The notes beneath the pieces were generated by a model, which ran no database searches, was not told the DNA's origin, and saw nothing but the letters and a program-made list of their open reading frames with translations. Of a DNA stretch of 64,000 bases, positions 9,289 through 18,410 are shown in pieces. Each line of letters begins with the position of its first letter. Positions within the stretch are counted from its first letter, which is position 1. The translations under genes were made by a program, and so were the position numbers. The stretch is from Thermoproteota archaeon (GTDB lineage: Archaea; Thermoproteota; Thermoprotei; Thermofilales; B9-G17), in the NCBI GenBank assembly GCA_029258885.1, contig JAPDJW010000002.1, positions 448,001-512,000 of the forward strand, read 5' to 3'.

Positions 9289-9585
9289 TTGGTCCTACGG
9301 TTGAGGATTATGGGACTTCAGATAAAGATTAGAACGTTAGGCTACTTGGAGGATCTATTGGACAGGGAATTGGAGGTTAATGTTAATGCTACGTCAGTGC
9401 TGGATTTAATTATGGAGTTAGCCAAGCTTAAAGGCTTTAAACCATCGGAGATTCTCGATTCTCTAAGGGATGAAGATTATCTACTGTTGCTTAACGGTAG
9501 AAGCGTTAACTACGATATGCTTAAGAAGACTAAACTGAGAAGCGGGGACGTGGTAGTATTTATGCCTGTTGTTTCAGGCGGATAA
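9289..9585 (+). CDS. MoaD/ThiS ubiquitin-like sulfur carrier (SAMP-like)
   Basis: Beta-grasp pattern ending GDVVVFMPVVSGG with a C-terminal diglycine. Confidence 0.88.
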   Translation: MVLRLRIMGLQIKIRTLGYLEDLLDRELEVNVNATSVLDLIMELAKLKGFKPSEILDSLRDEDYLLLLNGRSVNYDMLKKTKLRSGDVVVFMPVVSGG

Positions 9586-11337
9586 TGGCTCAAGCCTAGA
9601 CATTTTTATGAATAGTTTCTGGAACTCCTTTCTCTCAGGCATATTTAATACCCTTATTCTACGGCAAATTCTCCTAATCTTCTCTCTTTCGCTCATCGAT
9701 ACCAGATATATTTCAGCTCCTGCAAGCGATCCATTTCCTATAAAAACTATGTTCTCTTTCTCAACCCTCGGCAGTAATCCAATTTCAACGGCATTATCTG
9801 GGTTGATTCTAAAGCCGAAGCTACCAGCTACATACACTTTCTCCAAGTCGCTAGGCTTAATCCCCAATTGCTCCAGAAGAAAATAGTATGCAGTCTTAAA
9901 CGCTGAGATAACGAGCTGGAGCTTCCTAATATCAAGCTGAGTAACCACTATATCGCTGGAATCACTCGAGGCGACAACGAATTCAAGTATACTCTCCCTC
10001 CTCCTGACGCCTTTCCCTTCCCTTAACCTACCGTTTCGTTCAAGTAGTCCATGTCTAACGAGTTCAGCTAGTATATCCACGTATCCAGTACCACATATAC
10101 CCTTAGGATCAGTATTTCCTATAACTCTATACCTATCGTCACTTAAGCTAAAGCTTTCAATAGCTCCTTCAACAGCCATCATTCCATGCTTTAATCCCAC
10201 GCCCTCGAAAGCTGGTCCTGCTGGTACAGATGTAGCCACAATTTCATCGTTATACTTTACTACAACCTCACCGTTTGTACCTATATCTATAAGCATGGCA
10301 CGGTTATGTTCGAGCAGGCCGGATGCTAGTATATCGCCAGCAACATCGCCGCCTACAAATCCCCCAATTACGGGAAGCGTATAAACTATGGCTTCACTAT
10401 TTCCGATTAAGCCTAGGCTTCCAGTGTTAACTCTTATCTCCTCTAAGAACGGGGGTTCAAATGGATACGTGCCTAGGGTTGCAGGGGATATACCTAGGAC
10501 TAAAGCCGTCATAACCGTATTTCCGGCAATAGCTATGGAGTATATATCATCTGCGCATACATCGGAGGACGATATCAGCTCGGAGATATTATCATTTATC
10601 GTTTTGACAGCTGCCTCCTTAAGTTCAGAAACACCATTACGTCTCGTTGCATACTCTATACGGGATATAAGGTTATCTCCATACCTTATCTGATAGTTGT
10701 ATCTAAAGCTACTAGCTATGATCGATCCAGAGGATAGATCGATAAGAGATGAAACAACTGTAGTAGTACCTAAATCAACAGCAACACCATATATCCCTCG
10801 CTTAGATACTCCTAGAACCATCTCCTCCTCTAGGTCATATACTAAGTTAACTCTTTCTCCCTTAGCTACAATGGATGGAATGATTCGTCTAAAGCCCATG
10901 GAACAGGACTTGGGATTCAGACCATTTTTCCTAAGAACATTGAACACGTTATCGATAACTGAAGGTCCGCTGCGGCTAACCCTACCTAGGGGGAGGAGAA
11001 TAACCGATGGATTTACATTAATACTTCTTCTTATTCTCTCTCCGACAATGCCTCCCCTGATCCTCGGGATACTGATCCAAGTCTCTCCTAGAACTCTTGT
11101 TTGACATGCAAGCCGCCATCCCTTCTCGATAAGTTCGCCAAGTAGCTCCCTTTCCCTCAACGTTGGCTGACTAATATTGCCTTTCAATATCTTAACTCTA
11201 CATAAACCACATAAACCACGGCCGCCGCAGGAAGCACTGATCAATATTCCATTACTTCTTAATGCTTCGAGGAGGGTAATGTTCCTAGAAATGCTTAACT
11301 TAATACCATTAACATTAAGAACTATGTTTTCCTCCAT
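9574..11337 (-). CDS. ATP-dependent reductive activator of corrinoid proteins (RACo/DUF4445, ASKHA) with N-terminal [2Fe-2S] domain
   Basis: CGGRGLCGLC...RLACQ ferredoxin domain; ASKHA motifs AVDLGTTT, IAGNTVM, IDIGTNGE, GPAFEG, GICGTG and YVAGSFG. Confidence 0.9.
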   Translation of the reverse strand: MEENIVLNVNGIKLSISRNITLLEALRSNGILISASCGGRGLCGLCRVKILKGNISQPTLRERELLGELIEKGWRLACQTRVLGETWISIPRIRGGIVGERIRRSINVNPSVILLPLGRVSRSGPSVIDNVFNVLRKNGLNPKSCSMGFRRIIPSIVAKGERVNLVYDLEEEMVLGVSKRGIYGVAVDLGTTTVVSSLIDLSSGSIIASSFRYNYQIRYGDNLISRIEYATRRNGVSELKEAAVKTINDNISELISSSDVCADDIYSIAIAGNTVMTALVLGISPATLGTYPFEPPFLEEIRVNTGSLGLIGNSEAIVYTLPVIGGFVGGDVAGDILASGLLEHNRAMLIDIGTNGEVVVKYNDEIVATSVPAGPAFEGVGLKHGMMAVEGAIESFSLSDDRYRVIGNTDPKGICGTGYVDILAELVRHGLLERNGRLREGKGVRRRESILEFVVASSDSSDIVVTQLDIRKLQLVISAFKTAYYFLLEQLGIKPSDLEKVYVAGSFGFRINPDNAVEIGLLPRVEKENIVFIGNGSLAGAEIYLVSMSEREKIRRICRRIRVLNMPERKEFQKLFIKMSRLEPLSA

Positions 11338-11350
11338 TTACTTCAACCAA

Positions 11351-12025
11351 TTAATTACCCGTTTTCTCCCCAACAAGTTTCTTACATACTTCAACGGCTT
11401 TAACGGCATCTTCGGCATAGGCATCAGCACCTATTTGTCTAGCAAATTCCTCCGTAACTGGTGCACCACCAACTATAACCTTCACCTTATCCCTAAGCCC
11501 CTCCCTCTTAAGCAATTCGATAACGTTCTTCATCTCTATCATCGTAGTAGTCAAGAGTGCGGACATCGCAACAATATCGGCGTTAACTTCCTTAGCCTTC
11601 CTGACGAACTCTTCGGGCGCTACATCGACGCCTAAGTCGTAGACCTCGAAGCCAGCTATCTCAAGCATTGTCGCCACAATATTCTTACCGATATCGTGTA
11701 GATCGCCCTTAACAGTACCTATAACAATCCTTCCCAATACTTCCCTAGCACTGCCCTCAGCCGTAAGTAGTGGCTTAAGCTTCTCATCCATAATCTCCTT
11801 AAAGAGATCAGCTGAAATAATTAGCTCGGGCAGGAAATACTCCCCCTTCTCAAATAAATCGCCTATCTCTCTTATAGCAGGAGTTAAGGCGTTATCAATA
11901 ATATCTAGAGGCTTAATACCCATCCTTAAAGCCTCATCAACAGCCTCCTTAACCTCATCAATCCTTATCTCAACCATCAACCTCCTAATTCTTTCTAGAA
12001 TTTCCTCTCTATTCACAACAGACAC
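11351..12025 (-). CDS. corrinoid (B12-binding) protein of the MtaC/MttC/MtbC type
   Basis: N-terminal cap (GEYFLPEL) and the His-on motif GDLHDIGKNIV...SALLTTT...IVGGAPV. Confidence 0.92.
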   Translation of the reverse strand: MSVVNREEILERIRRLMVEIRIDEVKEAVDEALRMGIKPLDIIDNALTPAIREIGDLFEKGEYFLPELIISADLFKEIMDEKLKPLLTAEGSAREVLGRIVIGTVKGDLHDIGKNIVATMLEIAGFEVYDLGVDVAPEEFVRKAKEVNADIVAMSALLTTTMIEMKNVIELLKREGLRDKVKVIVGGAPVTEEFARQIGADAYAEDAVKAVEVCKKLVGEKTGN

Positions 12026-12422
12026 CTATAAAGCATCACTATACCATAAATATATGCTTTATCACGCTATAGCAATATTTGGGTCAATCGGTAAAGACCT
12101 CAATTAGCTTCAAGCAAAATCAGCTGAAAAGCCGTGCACCTAACCATTTACAGCGGCGACTTTACGTCTCTTGCCGACTACCATAAAACCTTAACACAAG
12201 TAAATACTATATTGCCATTATTTAAGATTGACATAATTATCCTATCCGCAAGCCTTGTCGGTCACCTCTACCATCAAAAGGACAAGACATTATGTATCTC
12301 AGTGAATTAACGTATAGATGTATACATCCCCAGTCTTGAAGTCTATTCATAAAGAGCTCTCTAGTTCCTCAATGAGTATACGTTAATTTATGATTCTTAG
12401 GCTTACAGTTTATTAAAGTATT

Positions 12423-12473
12423 TCAGCTTAGGACCGCGTAATCATCAGAATCATCAAGGGCGATATTCATCAT
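12423..12473 (-). ncRNA. candidate C/D box guide sRNA (B)
   Basis: Minus strand reads ATGATGA-ATATCGCCC-TTGA-TGATT-CTGATGA-TTACGCGGTCCTAAG-CTGA (51 nt, C/D'/C'/D order); no terminal stem. Confidence 0.45.
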
Positions 12474-12474
12474 G

Positions 12475-12544
12475 TGGCGTCATAGCCGCCTAGTCATCAC
12501 AGTCAGTGGGGGGCAACGTTATTGAATGGCTAATCATCCGCCAA
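12475..12544 (-). ncRNA. candidate C/D box guide sRNA (A)
   Basis: Minus strand reads TGGCG-GATGA-guide-CTGA-CT-GTGATGA-CTAGGCGGCT-ATGA-CGCCA, with a 5-bp terminal stem flanking the boxes; intergenic. Confidence 0.55.
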
Positions 12545-12595
12545 TATGATAGTTTTAAGGAAATCAATATATCTTTTTCGAAGCTAATATAGGCT

Positions 12596-13192
12596 GTGAG
12601 TGAGTGGAAACAGAGGAAGGAATATTTCATTAACAGGCTGAAGCGGGAGCTGAAGGAGGGTAGGGTAGACATAGATATTCTACCTCTGCTTGAAAGTATA
12701 AATGAGCTTGAAAACTTCTATACTACGAGCTCCTGCAGCGGTAGAATACAGGTATACTGTGCAGAGCTTCCAGGAGACAAGTTTGGATTGAAAACTCTAG
12801 TTAAATGGCATAGAGTCATCACTACAGATGAGCTGAAGGAGGTGTTAAGGAAGTCTGACTGTAAGAATATATGGCTTGCAGTACTTCCACCTATAATTCA
12901 CGTCGTAGCCAAGGATGTTGAGTCAGCTAACCTAATGCTTCATATAGCTAGGGATGCAGGCTTTAAACACAGTGGGATACTATCGGTAAAGCCTGAGAGA
13001 ATAGTTATTGAAATAACTGGTAGCGAGAGAATAGAGCTTCCGATTAAATTAAATAATATTCAGATAGTTCCTGAATCTGCTTTAGAAGACATAGTTAGAG
13101 CTGCTAATGAAATGCTTAAAATAACTAAAAAGAAGTTAAGTAGACTGAGGAGAAATACTTGCAGGCTGAAGTCTTTAGGTCAAAAAGATTAA
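12596..13192 (+). CDS. taw3: tRNA wybutosine-pathway methyltransferase Taw3/TYW3
   Basis: GRVDIDI, FYTTSSCSGRI, KWHR, PPIIHV, AGFKHSGI. Confidence 0.9.
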   Translation: MSEWKQRKEYFINRLKRELKEGRVDIDILPLLESINELENFYTTSSCSGRIQVYCAELPGDKFGLKTLVKWHRVITTDELKEVLRKSDCKNIWLAVLPPIIHVVAKDVESANLMLHIARDAGFKHSGILSVKPERIVIEITGSERIELPIKLNNIQIVPESALEDIVRAANEMLKITKKKLSRLRRNTCRLKSLGQKD

Positions 13193-13270
13193 ATCTCCCT
13201 AAATGCTTTAATATACTCAATTTCTGCCTCTCGCTCAATCCTGATTAATATATGGCTTACGGGGAGTAGA

Positions 13271-14020
13271 GTGAAAGTATTTGGATTCACCGGACCTAGG
13301 AATTCGGGAAAAACGACAGTTGTCGAAAAAATCGCCGAAAAGCTTGTGAATGAAGGATACAGGGTTGGATACATTAAACACGCGGGTAGAGAGGAGTTTA
13401 TAGACGTAGCTGGCAAGGATACGAGCAGATTAAGGGACAGCGGCGCCGCGAGGAGAGTGGTGATAGCTGGTTCGGAGTCAGCGATTTTCATGGAACCGCT
13501 TGAGCTTACTAAGGCCTACAGTTTCTTCGGCGGTTTCGACTACGTTCTGGTTGAGGGGTTTAGGAGAAGCTACATAGGTCCGAGAATAGTTGTCGCTAGA
13601 AAAATCGAGGATGCCATAGGCTACATCGACGAACTTACGGTAGGAATAGTCCTAACCGGAACTACACAGCCTAGCGGATCTTACAAGGATATTCCAATAT
13701 TCAGTCTAGAGGATGTTGATAAGGTAGCTAATCTAGTTAAAACTAATGCATTGAATCCATTGCCTGGATTAAACTGCGGTAAATGCGGGTTTAAGACGTG
13801 TAGGGGTTTAATGTCGGCTATTATTAGGGGTGAGGCTAGCATAGATCATTGTGTAACGCTTAAGGCTTTAAAGGAAGTTAGGTTAAGGGTTGATGATGTA
13901 TATGTTCCCTTAAATCCATTTGTAGCGGGTCTTCTCAGAAACATTTTAATAGCATTTATTTCAAGTCTTAAGGGGGTAAAATCTAAGCCCAATAAAATAG
14001 AGGTAATAGTGCTTGAATAG
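13271..14020 (+). CDS. mobB: molybdopterin-guanine dinucleotide biosynthesis protein B with Fe-S domain
   Basis: GPRNSGKTT Walker A, YIKH, D..GKDT.R, LVEGF, and C-terminal NCGKCGFKTC...C. Confidence 0.88.
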   Translation: MKVFGFTGPRNSGKTTVVEKIAEKLVNEGYRVGYIKHAGREEFIDVAGKDTSRLRDSGAARRVVIAGSESAIFMEPLELTKAYSFFGGFDYVLVEGFRRSYIGPRIVVARKIEDAIGYIDELTVGIVLTGTTQPSGSYKDIPIFSLEDVDKVANLVKTNALNPLPGLNCGKCGFKTCRGLMSAIIRGEASIDHCVTLKALKEVRLRVDDVYVPLNPFVAGLLRNILIAFISSLKGVKSKPNKIEVIVLE

Positions 14021-14071
14021 TTGTTCGGTTATACCGAAAGTTCTTCATATATGAGATTTTGGTGATGAGCC

Positions 14072-14773
14072 ATGTTTAAGGCGATAGCCCTAGATATTGA
14101 TGGAACGATAACATTAAAAAACGGCTTAATAAGCACAAAGGCTATATTGCTAATCAGAAGACTTGAGTCTAGAGGTATCAGGATAGTTCTCGCATCAGGC
14201 AATGCCTTTCCGGTTTTAATGGGCTTGAAGAAGTACTTCGGCTGTAGCGGAGTAGTAATAGCGGAAAACGGCGCAGTAGTAGGGGATGATACACAATTGA
14301 TAGTAAACGGTGATCCGGAGGTTGGGTTAAAGGCTAAGGAAGCCATATTATCTAAGCTAGGGGATATAGTTCGTGAGAGCTGGCAGAATAGGTTTAGATA
14401 CGTGGATTTTGCCTTTAAGTTGAGGAAGCCCAGCTTAAGTAGGAGCTATGTCCTCAACGCCATGAGGAGGGCTGTAGGCGACATGCCATATACAGTTGTG
14501 GTAGATAGTGGTGTTGCTTTCCACGTGAGGGATATTAGAGTAAATAAAGGCGTTGGTTTAATTAAAGCGGCTGAGCTAATGGGACTATCACCTAAGGACT
14601 TTGTTGCAATAGGAGATAGCGAGGTAGACCTAGAGATGTTTGAGGTTGCAGGTTTCAGCGTCGCACTAGCTAATGCAGTTAAGGAATTAAAGGATAGAGC
14701 TGATATGATAACAGAGAAGCCGTACTGGGAGGGATTTAATGAGGCCGTTGAGAAGATCTTCAACCTAAAGTAA
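14072..14773 (+). CDS. HAD-family phosphoglycolate phosphatase (SPP-like)
   Basis: DIDGTIT, LASGN, IAENG, VNKG and AIGDSEVD...VALANA HAD motifs. Confidence 0.88.
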   Translation: MFKAIALDIDGTITLKNGLISTKAILLIRRLESRGIRIVLASGNAFPVLMGLKKYFGCSGVVIAENGAVVGDDTQLIVNGDPEVGLKAKEAILSKLGDIVRESWQNRFRYVDFAFKLRKPSLSRSYVLNAMRRAVGDMPYTVVVDSGVAFHVRDIRVNKGVGLIKAAELMGLSPKDFVAIGDSEVDLEMFEVAGFSVALANAVKELKDRADMITEKPYWEGFNEAVEKIFNLK

Positions 14774-14775
14774 CT

Positions 14776-15141
14776 CTATTCTCTGTCAATCCTTTTAACT
14801 AGTATATGTTCACCGCTTATGGTTGAATAGTACGCCTTAATTCTAAGGCTTTCCCTATACTTTAATGCTATGTTTCTGGCCTTTTCCTCAAGTCTCCTAC
14901 ATATATCCTTCAATTTAACTACATCTCCCCCCTTAAGGCTCCATCCAGGCCTATCAACGTGTATGAGTTCCACTATTAATCCTGGCATTTTTAACGTTAG
15001 ATCTATCCATAGGGAAATTTTATGTCGCCTATTTATACTGAATAATATCCATGTAGCTTCCTTTAAATCAACGTTACGTGCAACTATACTTTTTTCTCGA
15101 TAATCATATATGCTCTTTATTCTAACGGCTACCTGACTCAA
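14776..15141 (-). CDS. hypothetical protein
   Basis: Intact 121-aa ORF, co-oriented with the upstream DUF72 gene. Confidence 0.55.
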   Translation of the reverse strand: MSQVAVRIKSIYDYREKSIVARNVDLKEATWILFSINRRHKISLWIDLTLKMPGLIVELIHVDRPGWSLKGGDVVKLKDICRRLEEKARNIALKYRESLRIKAYYSTISGEHILVKRIDRE

Positions 15142-15232
15142 ATTAAAACACCGCTATTCTAATATATATCAATACAAGCTAATATTGGTTACAAATAAAA
15201 TATCGATATGAGGACCAATTAAGCATTTATTG

Positions 15233-16417
15233 CTAACCTTCCTCATATATAAACTCCCATTCGTCAATATTTCCAGCTATATCCTGTAAGATCTTTAATG
15301 CAACATCCTTAGACATAACTAAAAATATTTTCCCCAAATGCTTACAGAATCTTTTACTTTCAATCCTTTTCATCCAATCAGCACAGTTATGGGTTATCCT
15401 CCTATTTGTCAAATCTATTTCAATGAAGTACTCCTTAACTCTAGCCTTCACATATTCCTTCGTAATTGTGAGTTTAACTTCGCTATTAGGTATTCCCTTT
15501 GCTCTCTCCAGCCTTTTTTCATTCATGAATATGAGCAAAATATCTTCAACGTCTGCCTCGCCTCTAGCTATAAGCTCCTCAAAACTCTTCTTCGCCTTCT
15601 CAATAGCCTTCTCCTTAAAGTATTTATCAATCTCTTTCAGCTTAAACTCGTGGCCGAAATGTCCTATCCCTAGAAGAAGTATCATCTGAAGAGCATTTTT
15701 AGGGGCGAAACCCCTAAAGTGGTTATTGAAATATCCATAAACAACCTTAACTTTAGATGCAACTTCCTTAACTCTCGGAACCCACTCCTTAAGTTCCTCT
15801 TCAGTGTAAAGATAGTAGTACCAAGGCCTCTGTCCCCTACCATGCCACCTGATATAGGAGAAGTCTGCAGTAACATATGCATGTGGGGGCAGGAGGGGTT
15901 CATCAACAATGCAGTAAGCTATATTCCTATCTTTAAGAGTATCTAGCACCTCCTCGTTAAGCCATGATTCATTCCTAAATTCAACAGCGAAAGGAAAATT
16001 ATCGTATGGTAAAAGATCCAGGAAATCGCTTAGATAAGGTGCTTCAGACATGGAAACCGGCGGAAGCTGAACTAGAATAGCCCCTAACTTATCCTTCTCC
16101 CTTAAGGGCTTAACTAACTCAATAAATCTATCTATATCACTTTTCAACCCCATCTTCGGATTAAACTTCTTCTTATGAGTAATAAGCCTCGGAAGCTTAA
16201 GCGAAAACTTAAAGTACCTAGGTGAGCTCCTGATAAGCCCCCTAATTAAGCCGGGCGTAGGATAGCTGTAAAACGTAGAATTCACCTCTACAGTGTTAAA
16301 TACCTCTATATATTGGCTAAACATATTCTTATAGTCGAAATAGAAGGGACCAACCCAATCGTCGTAACTCCACCCAGAAGTTCCTATAAGTATTTTCCCA
16401 ATAGGCAAAGATGACAC
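15233..16417 (-). CDS. DUF72 TIM-barrel protein fused to a C-terminal SWIM-type Zn finger
   Basis: GTSGWSY, VEVNSTFY, LVQLPP, AVEFRNESW, YIRWHG and YFNNHFRG (DUF72), followed by HNCADW...FCKH. Confidence 0.85.
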   Translation of the reverse strand: MSSLPIGKILIGTSGWSYDDWVGPFYFDYKNMFSQYIEVFNTVEVNSTFYSYPTPGLIRGLIRSSPRYFKFSLKLPRLITHKKKFNPKMGLKSDIDRFIELVKPLREKDKLGAILVQLPPVSMSEAPYLSDFLDLLPYDNFPFAVEFRNESWLNEEVLDTLKDRNIAYCIVDEPLLPPHAYVTADFSYIRWHGRGQRPWYYYLYTEEELKEWVPRVKEVASKVKVVYGYFNNHFRGFAPKNALQMILLLGIGHFGHEFKLKEIDKYFKEKAIEKAKKSFEELIARGEADVEDILLIFMNEKRLERAKGIPNSEVKLTITKEYVKARVKEYFIEIDLTNRRITHNCADWMKRIESKRFCKHLGKIFLVMSKDVALKILQDIAGNIDEWEFIYEEG

Positions 16418-16522
16418 CTAGCTTAGGCTGAAGGTAGAATCTACTATTCTTGTATCTACTTGATAGATTATAAAAAGATTTCTCAAGATATTATCCGGAA
16501 TTATGGGGAACTGTTGACACGT

Positions 16523-16930
16523 CTATGTCCTAGATCTTACTGAAACGTAGATAATTATAGCTATTGCTATTAAGGTGTTTAGTAGCCCGATGGGCGTAAA
16601 GAGGAATAATAGTGTAAACATTTCGTAGTCCACGAGAGAGTGGTAGGGAGCGTACGCAAAGAGAGAGCTTACGTGTATAAGGAATACTGCCACAACATAG
16701 TAAAGCGAAATAATTCCCAGAGGTCTTGCTCTCGGGGACTTAAAGTATTTAAGTAGAATTGATAGAATGCAGAGAACGCCAGAGGATACGTATAGTCCCA
16801 TAATAGTAGCAAAGTATGCTGGAAGCACCTGAATTTCGCCTCTAAGTCCGATGACTACGGACAGGGTTACAGCTGGCACTAGGTAGATCAGCCCTAGGAG
16901 AGCCAATATCTTATCTAGAATCTCCCCCAT
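16523..16930 (-). CDS. small integral membrane protein
   Basis: About four hydrophobic helices; 2 bp downstream of the DUF2330-like gene. Confidence 0.7.
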   Translation of the reverse strand: MGEILDKILALLGLIYLVPAVTLSVVIGLRGEIQVLPAYFATIMGLYVSSGVLCILSILLKYFKSPRARPLGIISLYYVVAVFLIHVSSLFAYAPYHSLVDYEMFTLLFLFTPIGLLNTLIAIAIIIYVSVRSRT

Positions 16931-16932
16931 AC

Positions 16933-17961
16933 TTACGCCCCTTTTCTTCTAAAGTAAATCTCGAGCGCAAGGATAGGTAATACGACTGCTAAGGTTGGTG
17001 AAAATAGGAGTATATAGGGCATTATAAATCTTAAGCTGAATCCCGGCCTTAATATAAGGTCTCTATCAAGTTTATCTGCGGGACCCTCGTAGTATATGAG
17101 CGTGGCCCACACTTTATTATATCCCTTAAATAGGTTGGCCAGATCCTTATCTGCTTCAGCTATTTTATCTATACTAATCAGTTTTTCGTTTAAGATTTTG
17201 AAGCCTAGAGACTCGATTTGTTCCGGTGGAATTCTATCTTTCGTAACTATAAATAGCCTTATCTGCGTTTCGCCGGATAATGTCTTAGAAACTCTAAGAG
17301 GATAATATATACAGTCGCTAGCAAACTTATATTTAAGAGGCATAATGTAGGTGGAGAATACTCCAATTTCAACTACATCAATCGCAAAATATTGGTATCC
17401 ATCATCAATATAATCGTTAAGCACACTAATATACTCGGACACGTTAGCTACCTTTGGAGGATCTATGCTCCTGGATCTACAGTAGTTTACAATCCAATCA
17501 TATAGGTCTTCTCCCGAATCAGCTTCAAGTAATGTAATAGTATGAGGACCTATCCGCTTACTATATATCACCTCAACACCGCCACGCAAAGTAAATGTTC
17601 CGAATGGATAGTAGCTCTTCATCATAAGCTTCTCAAACACGTAAAATGCCTTAATACTGGCTGCCTCAACACTAGGTATAGTCTTTAACGGAAGAACTTC
17701 CACTAGCTCTACTTTCTTGAATATATCCGGTTTCTGCGTAATGATTGCAGGACTAACAACGGTGGATAGTATCATTACTTCAGTTTCACCGTTCCATCCA
17801 ATAATCGCAACCTGCATCTCCTCCCTAACTTTAATCGGGAGTATCGGAATTATACACCTATCAGCTAACGCTACACTGGAATATAGCAGTAAAACTAACA
17901 TAATGGGTAGATATTTTCTCAACCGCATATGTAGAGTTAACTGAGATCCGATAATAAGCAT
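16933..17961 (-). CDS. DUF2330-like secreted, C-terminally anchored protein
   Basis: Signal peptide, Q.AIIGWNG..EVMILS, GPHTITLLEA....L.DW, YPLRVS, C-terminal TM plus basic tail. Confidence 0.6.
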   Translation of the reverse strand: MLIIGSQLTLHMRLRKYLPIMLVLLLYSSVALADRCIIPILPIKVREEMQVAIIGWNGETEVMILSTVVSPAIITQKPDIFKKVELVEVLPLKTIPSVEAASIKAFYVFEKLMMKSYYPFGTFTLRGGVEVIYSKRIGPHTITLLEADSGEDLYDWIVNYCRSRSIDPPKVANVSEYISVLNDYIDDGYQYFAIDVVEIGVFSTYIMPLKYKFASDCIYYPLRVSKTLSGETQIRLFIVTKDRIPPEQIESLGFKILNEKLISIDKIAEADKDLANLFKGYNKVWATLIYYEGPADKLDRDLILRPGFSLRFIMPYILLFSPTLAVVLPILALEIYFRRKGA

Positions 17962-18130
17962 TATTTATGTTCAAAAATAGCACATCAGCCTGAATAAAAT
18001 TCGCAAGCTAATAGCAAAAGCTTGAGCTGGTGTCGAAAACCTAAATGCAAAAGGAATTTTGTGCTCTCTATAATAAGCTGGGCATAATGCTTAAATATTA
18101 GCCTAACACTAGAATTTCTAGGCTAATACT

Positions 18131-18182
18131 GATGATGAAGGTTAAAAGCTAAGATCGATGATTGAAACCTGGCTTCTGAATC
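18131..18182 (+). ncRNA. candidate C/D box guide sRNA (possible tRNA-Lys(UUU) anticodon guide)
   Basis: GAT-GATGA-AGGTTAAAAGCT-AAGA-TCGATGA-TTGAAACCTGGCTT-CTGA-ATC (52 nt) with a 3-bp terminal stem; intergenic. Confidence 0.6.
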
Positions 18183-18410
18183 TAAAATATGGTAAAATTT
18201 AAAACATACGATAATTTTTAAAAGAAAACCCCTACAAAAATATAAGGTTGACAATAACCAATAAAAAACGGAAACAAACGTATTAACACCGGCTTATTTG
18301 TAGTATTTTTTAGAGTTTATGCATGTTAAAGGAGTAAAAGAATGGAAATATAATTATCTGATTAGCAGAAAAAATGGTAATGTTTATGATATACTTGTTT
18401 CATAATATAC

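Noticed and set aside
12490-12672. 60-aa minus-strand ORF
   Set aside because: It overlaps taw3 antisense and the C/D sRNA candidate, and has no protein features.
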